Shown piece by piece: positions 28,772-37,958 of a stretch of DNA of 64,000 nt. Source of the DNA: Bacillota bacterium. Lineage in GTDB: Bacteria > Bacillota > Limnochordia > Darwinibacteriales > Darwinibacteriaceae. Location of the stretch: positions 10,276 through 74,275 of the forward strand of contig JASGVS010000010.1 of NCBI GenBank assembly GCA_030054835.1, given 5' to 3'. A program made the position numbers and the translations under genes. Every line of letters begins with the position of its first letter. The stretch's first letter is position 1. A model generated the notes under the pieces. The model was given only the letters and a program-made list of their open reading frames with translations. It was not told the DNA's origin and made no database searches.

Positions 28772-30630
28772 CTACCCTGCTTTAGGGCGTATTCCGCATG
28801 GGCCAGGTTGCCCAGGGCCGTTTCAATCCTAGACTCAATTCCCAGCCGCTTACCCCCTTTGTCAACTACCACAACGCCGCCCCGCTCCAGCTTGGTGGAC
28901 CAGCCTCTGGCATGGCGATAAAGCTCAGCTTGGTTCCACAGGTATGGTACAGGTAAAAAGCCACTCACAAAGATCTTAAAGAAGCCTTCGGCGCTGTACG
29001 GCTCAGAAATGTGGGTTTCGATGGCCTCAATTACCCGGCGGGCATCTTGCCTTAGCCTGGCCGCCCTTTCCTGCACTTCCAGATTTGTACTCAAATCATC
29101 GACTATACCTTTTCGCCGCAGCTCCCGGTATTTTCTTAAAGAATAGGCAGTGATGCGAACACTTTCGTCAATCACCTCGGGCGTTGCCAGATCGCGCCCC
29201 TCGGAATAGCTCACCACATGGATCAGGGGTGGGCTCTGCTCATTGCGGGGGTCAATGTCATCCATTAGTGCTGTCACGGCAGCGAGCTGGGCTTTGGCCT
29301 TGTCTTGATCTGGGCTGAAGTAATCCAGTCCCGCCCTGGGTTGGAGCAGCACCTGAAACTTCTCGTCTTCCAGTGACTTAACCAGGCTCAACAGAGCTCG
29401 GGATTTAGCCAAGTCCTGCAGACCCCAGGTCTGCCTGGGCGTATTCAGCATGTTCTGAAGCACAAAGGTGCGGATGCCCATTTTCTTAGCCAGCTTGGCT
29501 GCTAAATAAGCGGAAACGATGTATGTTACATCATCGGCCCCCCGGAAGGCAAAGTGATGGGATACGTTGGCCTCCAAGGGTTTTTGCGTCTGGACGATGT
29601 AGCGGACCGTATCCACATGCTGGCGCAGGTTTTCCAAAAGGCCGTAGGGCCCCCTGCCGTCCAGTTGATTGAACCACCAAAAGGAAAGGGCATGCCAGCA
29701 AATATTGATCGTCTCCTCGTGAATAGCGGCCAAGTGGGGCACATTCTTGGTCCCCGCATAGGTCCTAAGGAGCAGGGGTCTGGACTGGGCCCAAACCTGC
29801 TCATAATCAGCTGCGGAGTTGATGGGTACTCCCCCTCCGTTTGGCTTTTCTCCCCACTCTTCTCCGAAATTGGACTGGGTGAGCTGGGATGTGCCGATGG
29901 AGAGGATGTCCAAAAAGCCGGTATGGGCAAGCTGCTTAACCCAGGTTAAAAAGTCCTCCACTGTGGTATAGGGTCCGGCATGGGCTCGCATTAGGGGCCG
30001 GGTAATGTCTGCCCTGGCAGCGAGCCTCTTCTCCACCGTATCCTGCTTGGTACCAAATTCGCTGTACTGCTTGATAACCGCGGGAGTACGTTCTTCCTTC
30101 AGGTACGCCTCAGAAGCGATGAGCTCTTCCCCAAAGGCCAAGCGATCCCCATCGTATTTCTGCCCACTTCTAATCTCCGCGGGAATCTTTTCCTCTGGGA
30201 CTTCGAACTTTTTGAGCGTTTCGGCCGGCGTTTCGCCGCCCTCAAATGTCTTCACCAAACCGTGGTAGGCCTGGTCAATCCTGCGGCAGGCTTCTGGCAG
30301 CCCGGCGAAATAAAAGGCGCGAAGGGGTCCCCCTTGGTGAGCAAGGAGCTTGTTGTTAAGCAGCTCATGCAAAAGGTAACCTACCATATCAACCGCCTGG
30401 TTCACGTCGAGCCTATAGCTCACGCCCAGGCGGGTGATATTCTCTGCCTTTATCCAATCTATTATCCTGCGGCGCTGGGCCTGGTATTTCACATTATCCA
30501 AGGCCTCGGCCAGCTCGGCCGAGCCGAAGACAACTTCGTAGCCGCAGTCTTTGAGCAGCTCCGCCAGGGAGTTGATACCCAGGGTGTGGGCATCAACTGC
30601 TGGCTTGAGCAAACCAACTCGTTCCATCAT
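28768..30630 (-). CDS. B12-binding-domain protein (N-terminal DxHxxG Rossmann) fused to a roughly 480-aa domain of unknown function
   Basis: N-terminus VGLLKPAVDAHTLGINSLAELLKDCGYEVV matches the cobalamin-binding DxHxxG...GxxxxxG pattern; 4-nt overlap with the rSAM gene. Confidence 0.55.
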   Translation of the reverse strand: MMERVGLLKPAVDAHTLGINSLAELLKDCGYEVVFGSAELAEALDNVKYQAQRRRIIDWIKAENITRLGVSYRLDVNQAVDMVGYLLHELLNNKLLAHQGGPLRAFYFAGLPEACRRIDQAYHGLVKTFEGGETPAETLKKFEVPEEKIPAEIRSGQKYDGDRLAFGEELIASEAYLKEERTPAVIKQYSEFGTKQDTVEKRLAARADITRPLMRAHAGPYTTVEDFLTWVKQLAHTGFLDILSIGTSQLTQSNFGEEWGEKPNGGGVPINSAADYEQVWAQSRPLLLRTYAGTKNVPHLAAIHEETINICWHALSFWWFNQLDGRGPYGLLENLRQHVDTVRYIVQTQKPLEANVSHHFAFRGADDVTYIVSAYLAAKLAKKMGIRTFVLQNMLNTPRQTWGLQDLAKSRALLSLVKSLEDEKFQVLLQPRAGLDYFSPDQDKAKAQLAAVTALMDDIDPRNEQSPPLIHVVSYSEGRDLATPEVIDESVRITAYSLRKYRELRRKGIVDDLSTNLEVQERAARLRQDARRVIEAIETHISEPYSAEGFFKIFVSGFLPVPYLWNQAELYRHARGWSTKLERGGVVVVDKGGKRLGIESRIETALGNLAHAEYALKQGR

Positions 30631-31690
30631 TTCCCTGCGCTCCTTTCCGCCTGAACAAGATGTGGAAATCGTACACCTTACGCCCTTCCGCTCGGAAGTC
30701 CCGCTCCATAATGCTTGAGGCCAGGTCGATGATTAACCCCGTTTCCCGCATGGGCAGGCCAAGGGCATGACCCACACCTTCTAAGGGAACCAAACCAAAG
30801 GGTACATCCTCTAGGATATAACGATGTTCGAGGCGGGAAGGGGCTTCAATCGTCCGATAGGCCTTGTTCTGCTGAATGGCATCAAAGAGCGTGCTCCCCT
30901 TCAAACCGTAGCTGCGGTTCAGCCAGTCCTTGGTAGCTTCTAACTCCCAGCCCAGCCCCTCGGCTACCTGCAGCCGTTCGCCGTCGATTTTCTCCAAAAG
31001 CCGCCCCACAGACGGGGTGATGCCGTCGTAATAGTACTTGTAGGTGCTGTGGACATTCTCGGTCCAGCCTGCGTTGAGCAGAAGCGGGGCGCAGTGCAGG
31101 ATCATCCCCACATTCCCGATGGATGTTTCCACCATAGACCGGGCAGGCTTGAGATGGGCCCGCAGACAGCGGGGCATGCGGGCAATGATGCTGCGATTCT
31201 CGGCGGGATTGAAGGTGGAAAGGAGCACCTCCGTTTTGAGGGCCACCACGTTCACCGCATCGGGGGCTGTTTTTCGGCAGGTGTAGATAATCGTTTGGGT
31301 CTCCGCAATTGTCTGCGGGTACTCTTGGTTAAACTGTTCGTACACTTCCTTGAATTCCAGGGCACCAAAGGTACGACCCGGATTGAGCACTATCAAGGTG
31401 GATCTTTTGATGTACCTGCCGATCAGTTCAGCCAATTCCCTGTGGGCGGTGGCCGGTGTTGTAATCAGAATCAAATCGGGATCGCTCACCGCTACCTCAA
31501 TATCTGCCGTTACGGCATGAATGGTGCAGCTCCCTTCAATTACACCTTCACAATGGATTGTCTTTGTTTCCAGTAATTCTTTGATCGTCTCTTCTGAGCG
31601 GTTCCAGAGAGTTACGCTATGCCCCTCCATGCTTAGATGGGCGGCCGTAGCTAACCCTGAATTGCCCGCTCCCATCACAGTGATGTTCAT
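30593..31690 (-). CDS. opine/octopine-dehydrogenase-like NAD(P)-binding oxidoreductase
   Basis: MNITVMGAGNSGLATAAHL Rossmann N-terminus; roughly 365 aa with the two-domain pattern of the opine DH / G3P-DH-like family; GAGGTGG RBS 6 nt before the chosen ATG. Confidence 0.5.
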   Translation of the reverse strand: MNITVMGAGNSGLATAAHLSMEGHSVTLWNRSEETIKELLETKTIHCEGVIEGSCTIHAVTADIEVAVSDPDLILITTPATAHRELAELIGRYIKRSTLIVLNPGRTFGALEFKEVYEQFNQEYPQTIAETQTIIYTCRKTAPDAVNVVALKTEVLLSTFNPAENRSIIARMPRCLRAHLKPARSMVETSIGNVGMILHCAPLLLNAGWTENVHSTYKYYYDGITPSVGRLLEKIDGERLQVAEGLGWELEATKDWLNRSYGLKGSTLFDAIQQNKAYRTIEAPSRLEHRYILEDVPFGLVPLEGVGHALGLPMRETGLIIDLASSIMERDFRAEGRKVYDFHILFRRKGAQGNDGTSWFAQASS

Positions 31691-31755
31691 AACGTACCAC
31701 CTCATTTCCAAGTGTTTTTAGTCTGTACACTGCCGTTTCCAGCTCAGCTTTTGAG

Positions 31756-31786
31756 AAAAAAACCCCACCTTACAGACAAGATGGGG
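31756..31786 (-). terminator. intrinsic terminator / attenuator hairpin inside the leader, 66 nt upstream of the opine-DH-like start
   Basis: Minus-strand stem CCCCATCTT/AAGGTGGGG (8 of 9 bp) followed by a 7-nt U-tract. Confidence 0.4.
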
Positions 31787-31863
31787 GCAGGAAATCAACA
31801 CACGTTATTAAGTTGTTCCGGTTTTAATTCGGCCTTCTGGTGATCAATTCCCCCGCATTTCTC

Positions 31864-31893
31864 TATATAAATCACTCCATATTATTCTCTCAA
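31864..31893 (-). promoter_or_regulatory. sigma-A-like promoter TTGAGA-18-TATATA upstream of the terminator-containing leader
   Basis: Read on the reverse complement: ctTTGAGAgaataatatggagtgattTATATAgag. Confidence 0.35.
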
Positions 31894-31979
31894 AGTTAAA
31901 AAGATCCTCCCTAAAAGGGCCATTTCTTTTGGGGTCGCTGGTAAAACATGGTATTGTTTTCCCAGCTAACCGCCGTAAA

Positions 31980-34004
31980 TTACATTGCAAACTGTCTAGA
32001 AAGGAAACTGTAAACGTCTGCGTGCTCGTCAATAATCTTGGCAGTGGGCTTACCATGCCCGTGGCCCGATTTTCTGTCCACCCGCAGCAGAATTGGTGCC
32101 GACCCCTGCTGTCCTTCCTGCAGTGCAGCTGTGAACTTGAAGGCATGGCCGGGTACTACCCGATCATCCCCCTCCGCCGTCACAACCAACGTGGCGGGAT
32201 AGCTAGCCGGCTTTACGTTATGGAGGGGAGAATAGCGGTAGAGGAAGGCAAAATGCTCAGGATTTTCTTCCGCGTTACCATATTCGGGGATCCAATAACG
32301 GCCCACCGTCCATTTGTGGTAGCGCAGCATATCCGTTACCGGCACGCCGCAGATTACTGCACCAAAGAGATCGGGCCTTTGGACCATACAGGCCGAAACC
32401 AAAAGTCCACCGTTACTCCGCCCTTCAATGGCCAGCTTCTCCGTCCTAGTGTATTTGTTTGCAATCAACCACTCCGCGGCTGCGATGAAATCGTCAAAGA
32501 CGTTCTGTTTGTTGGCAAGCATTCCAGCTTGGTGCCACTCTTCTCCGTATTCACTGCCTCCCCTAAGGTTTACTTCCACGTACACTCCCCCCTGCTCCAG
32601 CCACCATATCCTCGAGGGGGCAAAGGAGGGAGTGATGGAGATGTTGAAGCCGCCGTAGCCGTACAGTAGGGTCGGGTTATCACCGTTCAGCTCCAGGCCT
32701 TTTTTGTGCACCAAATACATGGAAACCATTGTCCCATCCTTGGACGGGTAAAAGACCTGGTTCACTTGGAACTGATCCGGATCGAAGTTGTACTTCTGCT
32801 CCGCAAAGAACTCCAACTCTCCCGTAGCGAAGTCGTACCTCAAGCTCACTGTGGGATAGAGGAAGGAGGTAAAGCCCAGGAAAAACTCGGTATGGCTCTG
32901 CCTGCCTGCTATTCCAGTCACCGTACCCAATGTGGGCAGGGGTAGTTCCTTCACCAGCTTACCATTCAGATCATACAGCCGGACCCGTGAATGGGCGTTG
33001 TGCATAAAGGAGACAACAAAGTGGTTATTTATCAAACGGGCATCGGAAATGACGTCCTCCTGCTCCGGCAGGATCTCCACCCAGTTTTCCCGCTCCGGTC
33101 TGGCAATATCAATGGAGATCAAACGGCCCCTGGGTGCATTCAAGTCGGTGAAGAAGTAGAACGTAGTTCCGTCACTACCCAAAAAGTTGTAACTCGCCTC
33201 TGCGTGCTGCAGCAGTTCTATAAAGGGTCCATCGCTGTCTAAGGGTTTGTAATAAAACCCGTTGCGGGAATCGGTGCCAAGGTAGACATGGAGTACAAGA
33301 TACTTTTCATCCTGGGTCAAGCGAGGATAAAAACTCAATTCCTTGGCATCGGGGCGCTCATAGATCAAAACATCCTGTTCCTGTTCGGTGCCCAACTGAT
33401 GCCAAAAAACCTGGTTGAAGTTGTTCTCATCTTCGGGCGCCACCGTGCCCGGTTTGGGATAGCGGGTGTAGAAAAACCCTTCCTCACCCCGCCAGGCCAT
33501 ATTAGTAAAACGGCAGTACTTGATCACTTCCGGCAGGTGTTCACCCTTTTCCAGATCGAGGATGCGGATCTCCTGTCGGTCACTACCATGGGCCGATACG
33601 GTGTAGGCCAAATATCTGCCCTTCTCCTCCGGACTGTAGCCGCTGAGGGCGATTGTGCCGTCTTCGCTCCAAGCATTGGGATCAATAATCTCTTTTGGAT
33701 CAGCCGCTACGCTTTCCTGGCGGAACAACACAGGCTGATTCTGGAGCCCGCTGTTTTTCTGGAAATAATACCAGCTGCCCACTTTGAAGGGTAATGAGCT
33801 GCGGGGATAATCCCAAAGCTCCGTTAACCGCTGTTTTATGGAAGGCCTTGCTTCTATTCCACTGAGAAACTCTTCCGTAATCTCACCCTGGCTCCGCACC
33901 CAATCCAGTACTTCCGGATCTTCCGCGTTTTCCAGCCAACGGTAGGGGTCTGCCACCATAGTACCGTGGTAATTCTCCACCACATCCACTTTCCGTGTTC
34001 GCAT
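31980..34004 (-). CDS. prolyl oligopeptidase (S9A family serine peptidase)
   Basis: 674 aa; beta-propeller N-domain; GRSNGGLL catalytic Ser in GxSxGG; C-terminal Asp/His region. Confidence 0.85.
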   Translation of the reverse strand: MRTRKVDVVENYHGTMVADPYRWLENAEDPEVLDWVRSQGEITEEFLSGIEARPSIKQRLTELWDYPRSSLPFKVGSWYYFQKNSGLQNQPVLFRQESVAADPKEIIDPNAWSEDGTIALSGYSPEEKGRYLAYTVSAHGSDRQEIRILDLEKGEHLPEVIKYCRFTNMAWRGEEGFFYTRYPKPGTVAPEDENNFNQVFWHQLGTEQEQDVLIYERPDAKELSFYPRLTQDEKYLVLHVYLGTDSRNGFYYKPLDSDGPFIELLQHAEASYNFLGSDGTTFYFFTDLNAPRGRLISIDIARPERENWVEILPEQEDVISDARLINNHFVVSFMHNAHSRVRLYDLNGKLVKELPLPTLGTVTGIAGRQSHTEFFLGFTSFLYPTVSLRYDFATGELEFFAEQKYNFDPDQFQVNQVFYPSKDGTMVSMYLVHKKGLELNGDNPTLLYGYGGFNISITPSFAPSRIWWLEQGGVYVEVNLRGGSEYGEEWHQAGMLANKQNVFDDFIAAAEWLIANKYTRTEKLAIEGRSNGGLLVSACMVQRPDLFGAVICGVPVTDMLRYHKWTVGRYWIPEYGNAEENPEHFAFLYRYSPLHNVKPASYPATLVVTAEGDDRVVPGHAFKFTAALQEGQQGSAPILLRVDRKSGHGHGKPTAKIIDEHADVYSFLSRQFAM

Positions 34005-34085
34005 CTATTCTCTCCCTTTCCCTGCAGAAAAAACTGGCATTTTTCCCAGTTATTCTGTCCCCTGTACCGAATTCCTCCTGAGCAG

Positions 34086-34110
34086 AAAAAAGGCCCGCCT
34101 TATTGGCGGG
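34086..34110 (-). terminator. rho-independent terminator downstream of hsp20
   Basis: CCCGCC-ttatt-GGCGGG stem, with the reverse-complement T-run (AAAAAA on the plus strand) immediately adjacent. Confidence 0.5.
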
Positions 34111-34126
34111 TCCACGTCAGTGAGAT

Positions 34127-34552
34127 TTACTGAATCGGTATGCGGCGTCCATTCCCATTGCCGGTCGCTTTGGGGAACTTGACCTCCAGCACCCCGTCTC
34201 TGTAGCTTGCGGTCACATCTGCGGGGTCGATGTTCCCCACGTAGAAACTACGCTGGCTGGAGATGTGCCTCCGCTCCCGGCAGATGTAATTGGCCTGGTC
34301 CTCGGACCGGAACTCATCTTGCCGGACACCGATGGTCAAATAACCGTTGTCCACATCCAGGGTGATGTTATCCTTGGCAACACCGGGTAAATTGGCTTGG
34401 AGAACATAACCCTGATCAGACTCCTGTACGTCTACTTCGAAGCCCTGCACGGACACCTCAGGCCAATTGGGCCAGTTGAACCAGTCCCCAAAGACCCGCG
34501 GCATCATGGAGTCCAACCTGTGCGGCCTTCTATAAGGAGCAAGTCTAAACAT
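34127..34552 (-). CDS. Hsp20/alpha-crystallin family small heat shock protein
   Basis: 141 aa; alpha-crystallin domain with the GVLEVKFPK C-terminal motif; AGGAGGTG RBS. Confidence 0.85.
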   Translation of the reverse strand: MFRLAPYRRPHRLDSMMPRVFGDWFNWPNWPEVSVQGFEVDVQESDQGYVLQANLPGVAKDNITLDVDNGYLTIGVRQDEFRSEDQANYICRERRHISSQRSFYVGNIDPADVTASYRDGVLEVKFPKATGNGNGRRIPIQ

Positions 34553-34595
34553 ACAACAGCCACCTCCTGGTGTTACTTTTTTGTGTTTGCACCCT

Positions 34596-34624
34596 TAGAT
34601 TACCATTAACGTCAGGGAACGTCA
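34596..34624 (-). promoter_or_regulatory. sigma-A-like promoter for hsp20 (TTGACG-17-TAATCT)
   Basis: Read on the reverse complement about 44 nt upstream of the hsp20 ATG. Confidence 0.4.
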
Positions 34625-34709
34625 AAGGTCAGAATTCGGGCTTAAACACTGTTAGCATTAGTATTTCCCAAATATCCATAAAAAAACTGTCTTTCCCTCA
34701 CCTTTTCAA

Positions 34710-34726
34710 GGTCAAAGAAAGTCAAA
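34710..34726 (+). promoter_or_regulatory. CtsR-box-like tandem heptad GGTCAAA-gaa-AGTCAAA upstream of hsp20
   Basis: Matches the (A/G)GTCAAA-NAN-(A/G)GTCAAA CtsR operator consensus; sits in the hsp20 upstream intergenic region. Confidence 0.35.
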
Positions 34727-34784
34727 CGCATTATTCCTACCTAGTCTGTCACCAAACTAAACCACCCACGGTATGGCGAGCCCA

Positions 34785-36002
34785 CTATACATCCACCGCT
34801 GCGCCCGCTTCACGTTCTCCCGGACTTTCTAGCGTACTCTCCTGCCAAAAAGCAATCCGGTTTTTCCCTTCCCCTTTGGCAAGGTAGAGGGCCTTATCAA
34901 CCGAGGAGAGGTAGTTCTTAGTCTCCTCAACAGTCTCCAAGGGCGCCACCCCAAAACTGGCCGTGATCTGTACCTGACATCCTTCCACATTGAACACGTG
35001 GTCCCCAACCTGGCTGCGCAAACGATCGGCCAGGCTGACAGCTTCACTGAGGGGTGTGTCCGGAACCAGCAGGATAAACTCCTCCCCGCCTAGGCGGACT
35101 AAAATGTCGCTGCCGCGCATCGACTTCTGCAGCAGTTTGGCCATTTCACACAAAACCCCGTCCCCCACTGGGTGGCCGTAGGTGTCATTGACCCGCTTGA
35201 AGTCGTCAATGTCGAACATGATCAGGCAGGATTGGCGGCCGTTGCGGCCCATCCGCTTCAATTCAGCCTGCACAACCAAATCTAAGAACCTGCGGTTAGG
35301 CAGCCCGGTTAAGGGATCTTGGTACGCCATTTTCTCCAGTATAGCCTGCTGGGATTCGATCTGTTCCCGCTGCTGTTCTGTGAGGCGGAAGTTACGCCAG
35401 TTGATCAGGGAGAGGGAAAAGCCCAAAGAAACGGCTAAGATGCCATTACTAAGACTGACTGAAAGGGCGCTCAGGGGTAGTTCGCTTAAGTGGATCAGGC
35501 TGAAGTAATAGATCAGGCCGAAACTGAAAAAGACGACCACAGCGCGGGAAGGGCGAAGGTAATAGAAGGTGCCCACGATGGTGGAAACAAGCAGGATGGG
35601 TGTTACTGAAATAAGCATCCTTTGGTCGATCACCGCTTTTACGATGCCAAAAAGTAAAAGGGCCCCTACAACCGCATATTGAAACACAACGAGGGAACGG
35701 TCACTTGCTGGCCGTTTGCGCAATTTAGCAGCAATGACCCAACCGACTAAGGAGCCTATACCGCCAAGGGCGTTAACCACCATGGTCTGGCGGCGCCAGT
35801 CCGCCAAGACAGGCGAAGCGGCCTCCAGTGTCAGGGCGTGGAAAGCCCCAACCCCAAACAAGGTCAGGGTCATAATGGGCGCGGTCCAATAAATCCGCTG
35901 TACATTGACCATACGCGCCTTTTCTGAAATTGCGGTATTCATCCCGATCCAAGTAGTAAGCCTACTGTGGACCAGACGAAATCTCGCCCTGATACGCCGC
36001 AC
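34785..36002 (-). CDS. diguanylate cyclase (GGDEF) with an N-terminal multi-TM sensor domain
   Basis: RLGGEEFILLV active-site motif (GGEEF), RFLDLVVQAELKR, six or seven N-terminal transmembrane segments. Confidence 0.8.
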   Translation of the reverse strand: MRRIRARFRLVHSRLTTWIGMNTAISEKARMVNVQRIYWTAPIMTLTLFGVGAFHALTLEAASPVLADWRRQTMVVNALGGIGSLVGWVIAAKLRKRPASDRSLVVFQYAVVGALLLFGIVKAVIDQRMLISVTPILLVSTIVGTFYYLRPSRAVVVFFSFGLIYYFSLIHLSELPLSALSVSLSNGILAVSLGFSLSLINWRNFRLTEQQREQIESQQAILEKMAYQDPLTGLPNRRFLDLVVQAELKRMGRNGRQSCLIMFDIDDFKRVNDTYGHPVGDGVLCEMAKLLQKSMRGSDILVRLGGEEFILLVPDTPLSEAVSLADRLRSQVGDHVFNVEGCQVQITASFGVAPLETVEETKNYLSSVDKALYLAKGEGKNRIAFWQESTLESPGEREAGAAVDV

Positions 36003-36104
36003 TGGTTACACCCTTCCAACTCTGAAAAAGCTGTGCCTTTTTTCGACAAGTGCCTTCCCTGTTCCTGCTAGTGCCATTTTGCTCCCACGGCCGGCCAGCA
36101 GGAT

Positions 36105-37097
36105 CTAGGAAAAGTTCTTCTCAAAATTCCACGCATCCCGACACATATCAACTATGCCGTATTGGGCTTCCCAATCAAGTTCCGCCTTGGCTTTGGCAGG
36201 ATCGGCATAAACAACGGCCAGATCACCCGGCCTGCGTGGGCCAATGCTGTAGGGAATCTTGATCCCGGTAGCCTCGGCAAAGGCGTGTACCAGTTCCAAC
36301 ACGCTTGTGCCCCGGCCAGTGCCTAGGTTGTAAACTTCAACGCCCGGATTCAGTTTCTCCAGTGCAGCCAAGTGACCCTTGGCCAGATCCACCACATGGA
36401 GGTAGTCCCGCACTCCTGTACCATCCGGGGTGGGGTAATCGCCCCCAAACACTTTCAGCTCTGCCAACTTACCCCTGGCCACTTGGGTAATATACGGCAT
36501 AAGATTGTTGGGAATGCCCCTGGGTGCCTCACCGATTAACCCACTAGGATGGGCTCCCACCGGGTTGAAATAGCGCAGGAGGGCAACGGCAAACTCGGGA
36601 TTGACGTTGGCCGCATCCTTGAGAATCTGCTCGGACATGGCCTTTGTCTGTCCATAGGGGTTAGCAGCGGAGCGCAGCTCCATCGTCTCGATCAACGGTG
36701 AGGGATTGTCACCGTAAACGGTGGCCGAAGAGCTGAACACAAATTTCCCAACCCCGTGTTTCAGGCACTGCTCAGCTAACACGATCGTTCCTAAAACATT
36801 GTTTTGGTAGTAAAGAAGCGGCTTCTCCACCGACTCACCCACTGCCTTTAACCCCGCTAGGTGAATAACTCCATCGATGTAATGGGTGGAGAAAATGAGA
36901 TCCATGTACTTGGCATCGGTCACATCTGCCTCGTAAAAGAGGGGCCTCTTACCCGTAATCTGCTCAATCCGGTCCACAACAGCCCGGTCGCTGTTGGCCA
37001 GGTTATCGACAATAATAACTGAATGGCCTTCATTTAACATCTCAACGCAGATGTGGCTGCCGATGTAACCGGTACCGCCTGTGACTAATATAAGCAT
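36105..37097 (-). CDS. galE: UDP-glucose 4-epimerase
   Basis: MLILVTGGTGYIGSH N-terminus; YGDNPSPL, YxxxK, 330 aa. Confidence 0.9.
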   Translation of the reverse strand: MLILVTGGTGYIGSHICVEMLNEGHSVIIVDNLANSDRAVVDRIEQITGKRPLFYEADVTDAKYMDLIFSTHYIDGVIHLAGLKAVGESVEKPLLYYQNNVLGTIVLAEQCLKHGVGKFVFSSSATVYGDNPSPLIETMELRSAANPYGQTKAMSEQILKDAANVNPEFAVALLRYFNPVGAHPSGLIGEAPRGIPNNLMPYITQVARGKLAELKVFGGDYPTPDGTGVRDYLHVVDLAKGHLAALEKLNPGVEVYNLGTGRGTSVLELVHAFAEATGIKIPYSIGPRRPGDLAVVYADPAKAKAELDWEAQYGIVDMCRDAWNFEKNFS

Positions 37098-37112
37098 GCT
37101 TCTACCCCTTCC

Positions 37113-37868
37113 CTAACGTTTCCATTCTGCCAAGAGTTCTTCAGCCTCCGCCTTTAGCTCCAGATCCTGTTCAATGGCAGGCCTGCTCAAAAGCTCCTCC
37201 AGAACCTCAACTGCCTCGCTGCGGCGGTTGTTGTGGTTGAGAGCCCGGGCGAGTTGAATGGGATACTCAATGTTGTCCGGTGCCAGTTCCACCGCCTTCC
37301 GGGCCGTTTCCAACGCCAGCTTTTTGTTGCCGATGCTGAGGGGAAATCCTGGGGCCTGTTCGTAAAGCATACTAAGCACGTGGTAGGCATCGGCGTAGTT
37401 TTCATCAAGTTCCAAGGCGCGATCCAAGGCGTCCTTCATGGGCCTCACCATGAACAGACTCTGGAGGATCCCCCGGGTTTGACCGATGCGGCCGATGAGC
37501 GATGCCTGCCAGAAGAAGGCATCAGGGGAAGTGGGGACAAGCTCCACTGCCCGATCCGCGTACTCTTTACCCTTCTGGAAGGTTTCCAAGACATCTTCGC
37601 TAACCCGGTCCCCCAGATACAAATAGGCCTTGGCAATTACCCAATTGGCATGACCATCCTCCGGATTATCTGCCAAATAGGATGTCAAGTCAGCTATCAC
37701 CGCTTCAATATTGGCCAGCTGCTTGCTCTCAATTAGCACGTTAGCCGTGTCCAAGTCAACCGCTAACGAGGGCAGAGAAACAGCTAACATTACACACATT
37801 ACGATTGCTAGTTTCCGTAGTATTCTGCCCACTTTCCTCTCTCCCATCTCTATTCTGTGGTCTTTCAT
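37113..37868 (-). CDS. secreted tetratricopeptide-repeat protein
   Basis: Signal peptide followed by several 34-aa TPR-like helical repeats (W/LG/Y/A/F/A/P pattern). Confidence 0.55.
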   Translation of the reverse strand: MKDHRIEMGERKVGRILRKLAIVMCVMLAVSLPSLAVDLDTANVLIESKQLANIEAVIADLTSYLADNPEDGHANWVIAKAYLYLGDRVSEDVLETFQKGKEYADRAVELVPTSPDAFFWQASLIGRIGQTRGILQSLFMVRPMKDALDRALELDENYADAYHVLSMLYEQAPGFPLSIGNKKLALETARKAVELAPDNIEYPIQLARALNHNNRRSEAVEVLEELLSRPAIEQDLELKAEAEELLAEWKR

Positions 37869-37904
37869 ACCAATTCACGGCTTCCGTCCGTTTTCCTCCC
37901 CTAA

Positions 37905-37930
37905 GAAAAAAAGCCCCTTTTGCAAAGGGC
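37905..37930 (-). terminator. rho-independent terminator downstream of the FapA/DUF342 gene
   Basis: Minus strand: GCCCTTT-gca-AAAGGGGC followed by TTTTTTT. Confidence 0.45.
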
Positions 37931-37958
37931 TCTCTTAACCTAGACTGGGTCCCACTTA

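Noticed and set aside
34553-34784. HrcA CIRCE element upstream of hsp20
   Set aside because: I searched for TTAGCACTC-N9-GAGTGCTAA and found only a partial TTAGCA. There is no inverted-repeat partner.
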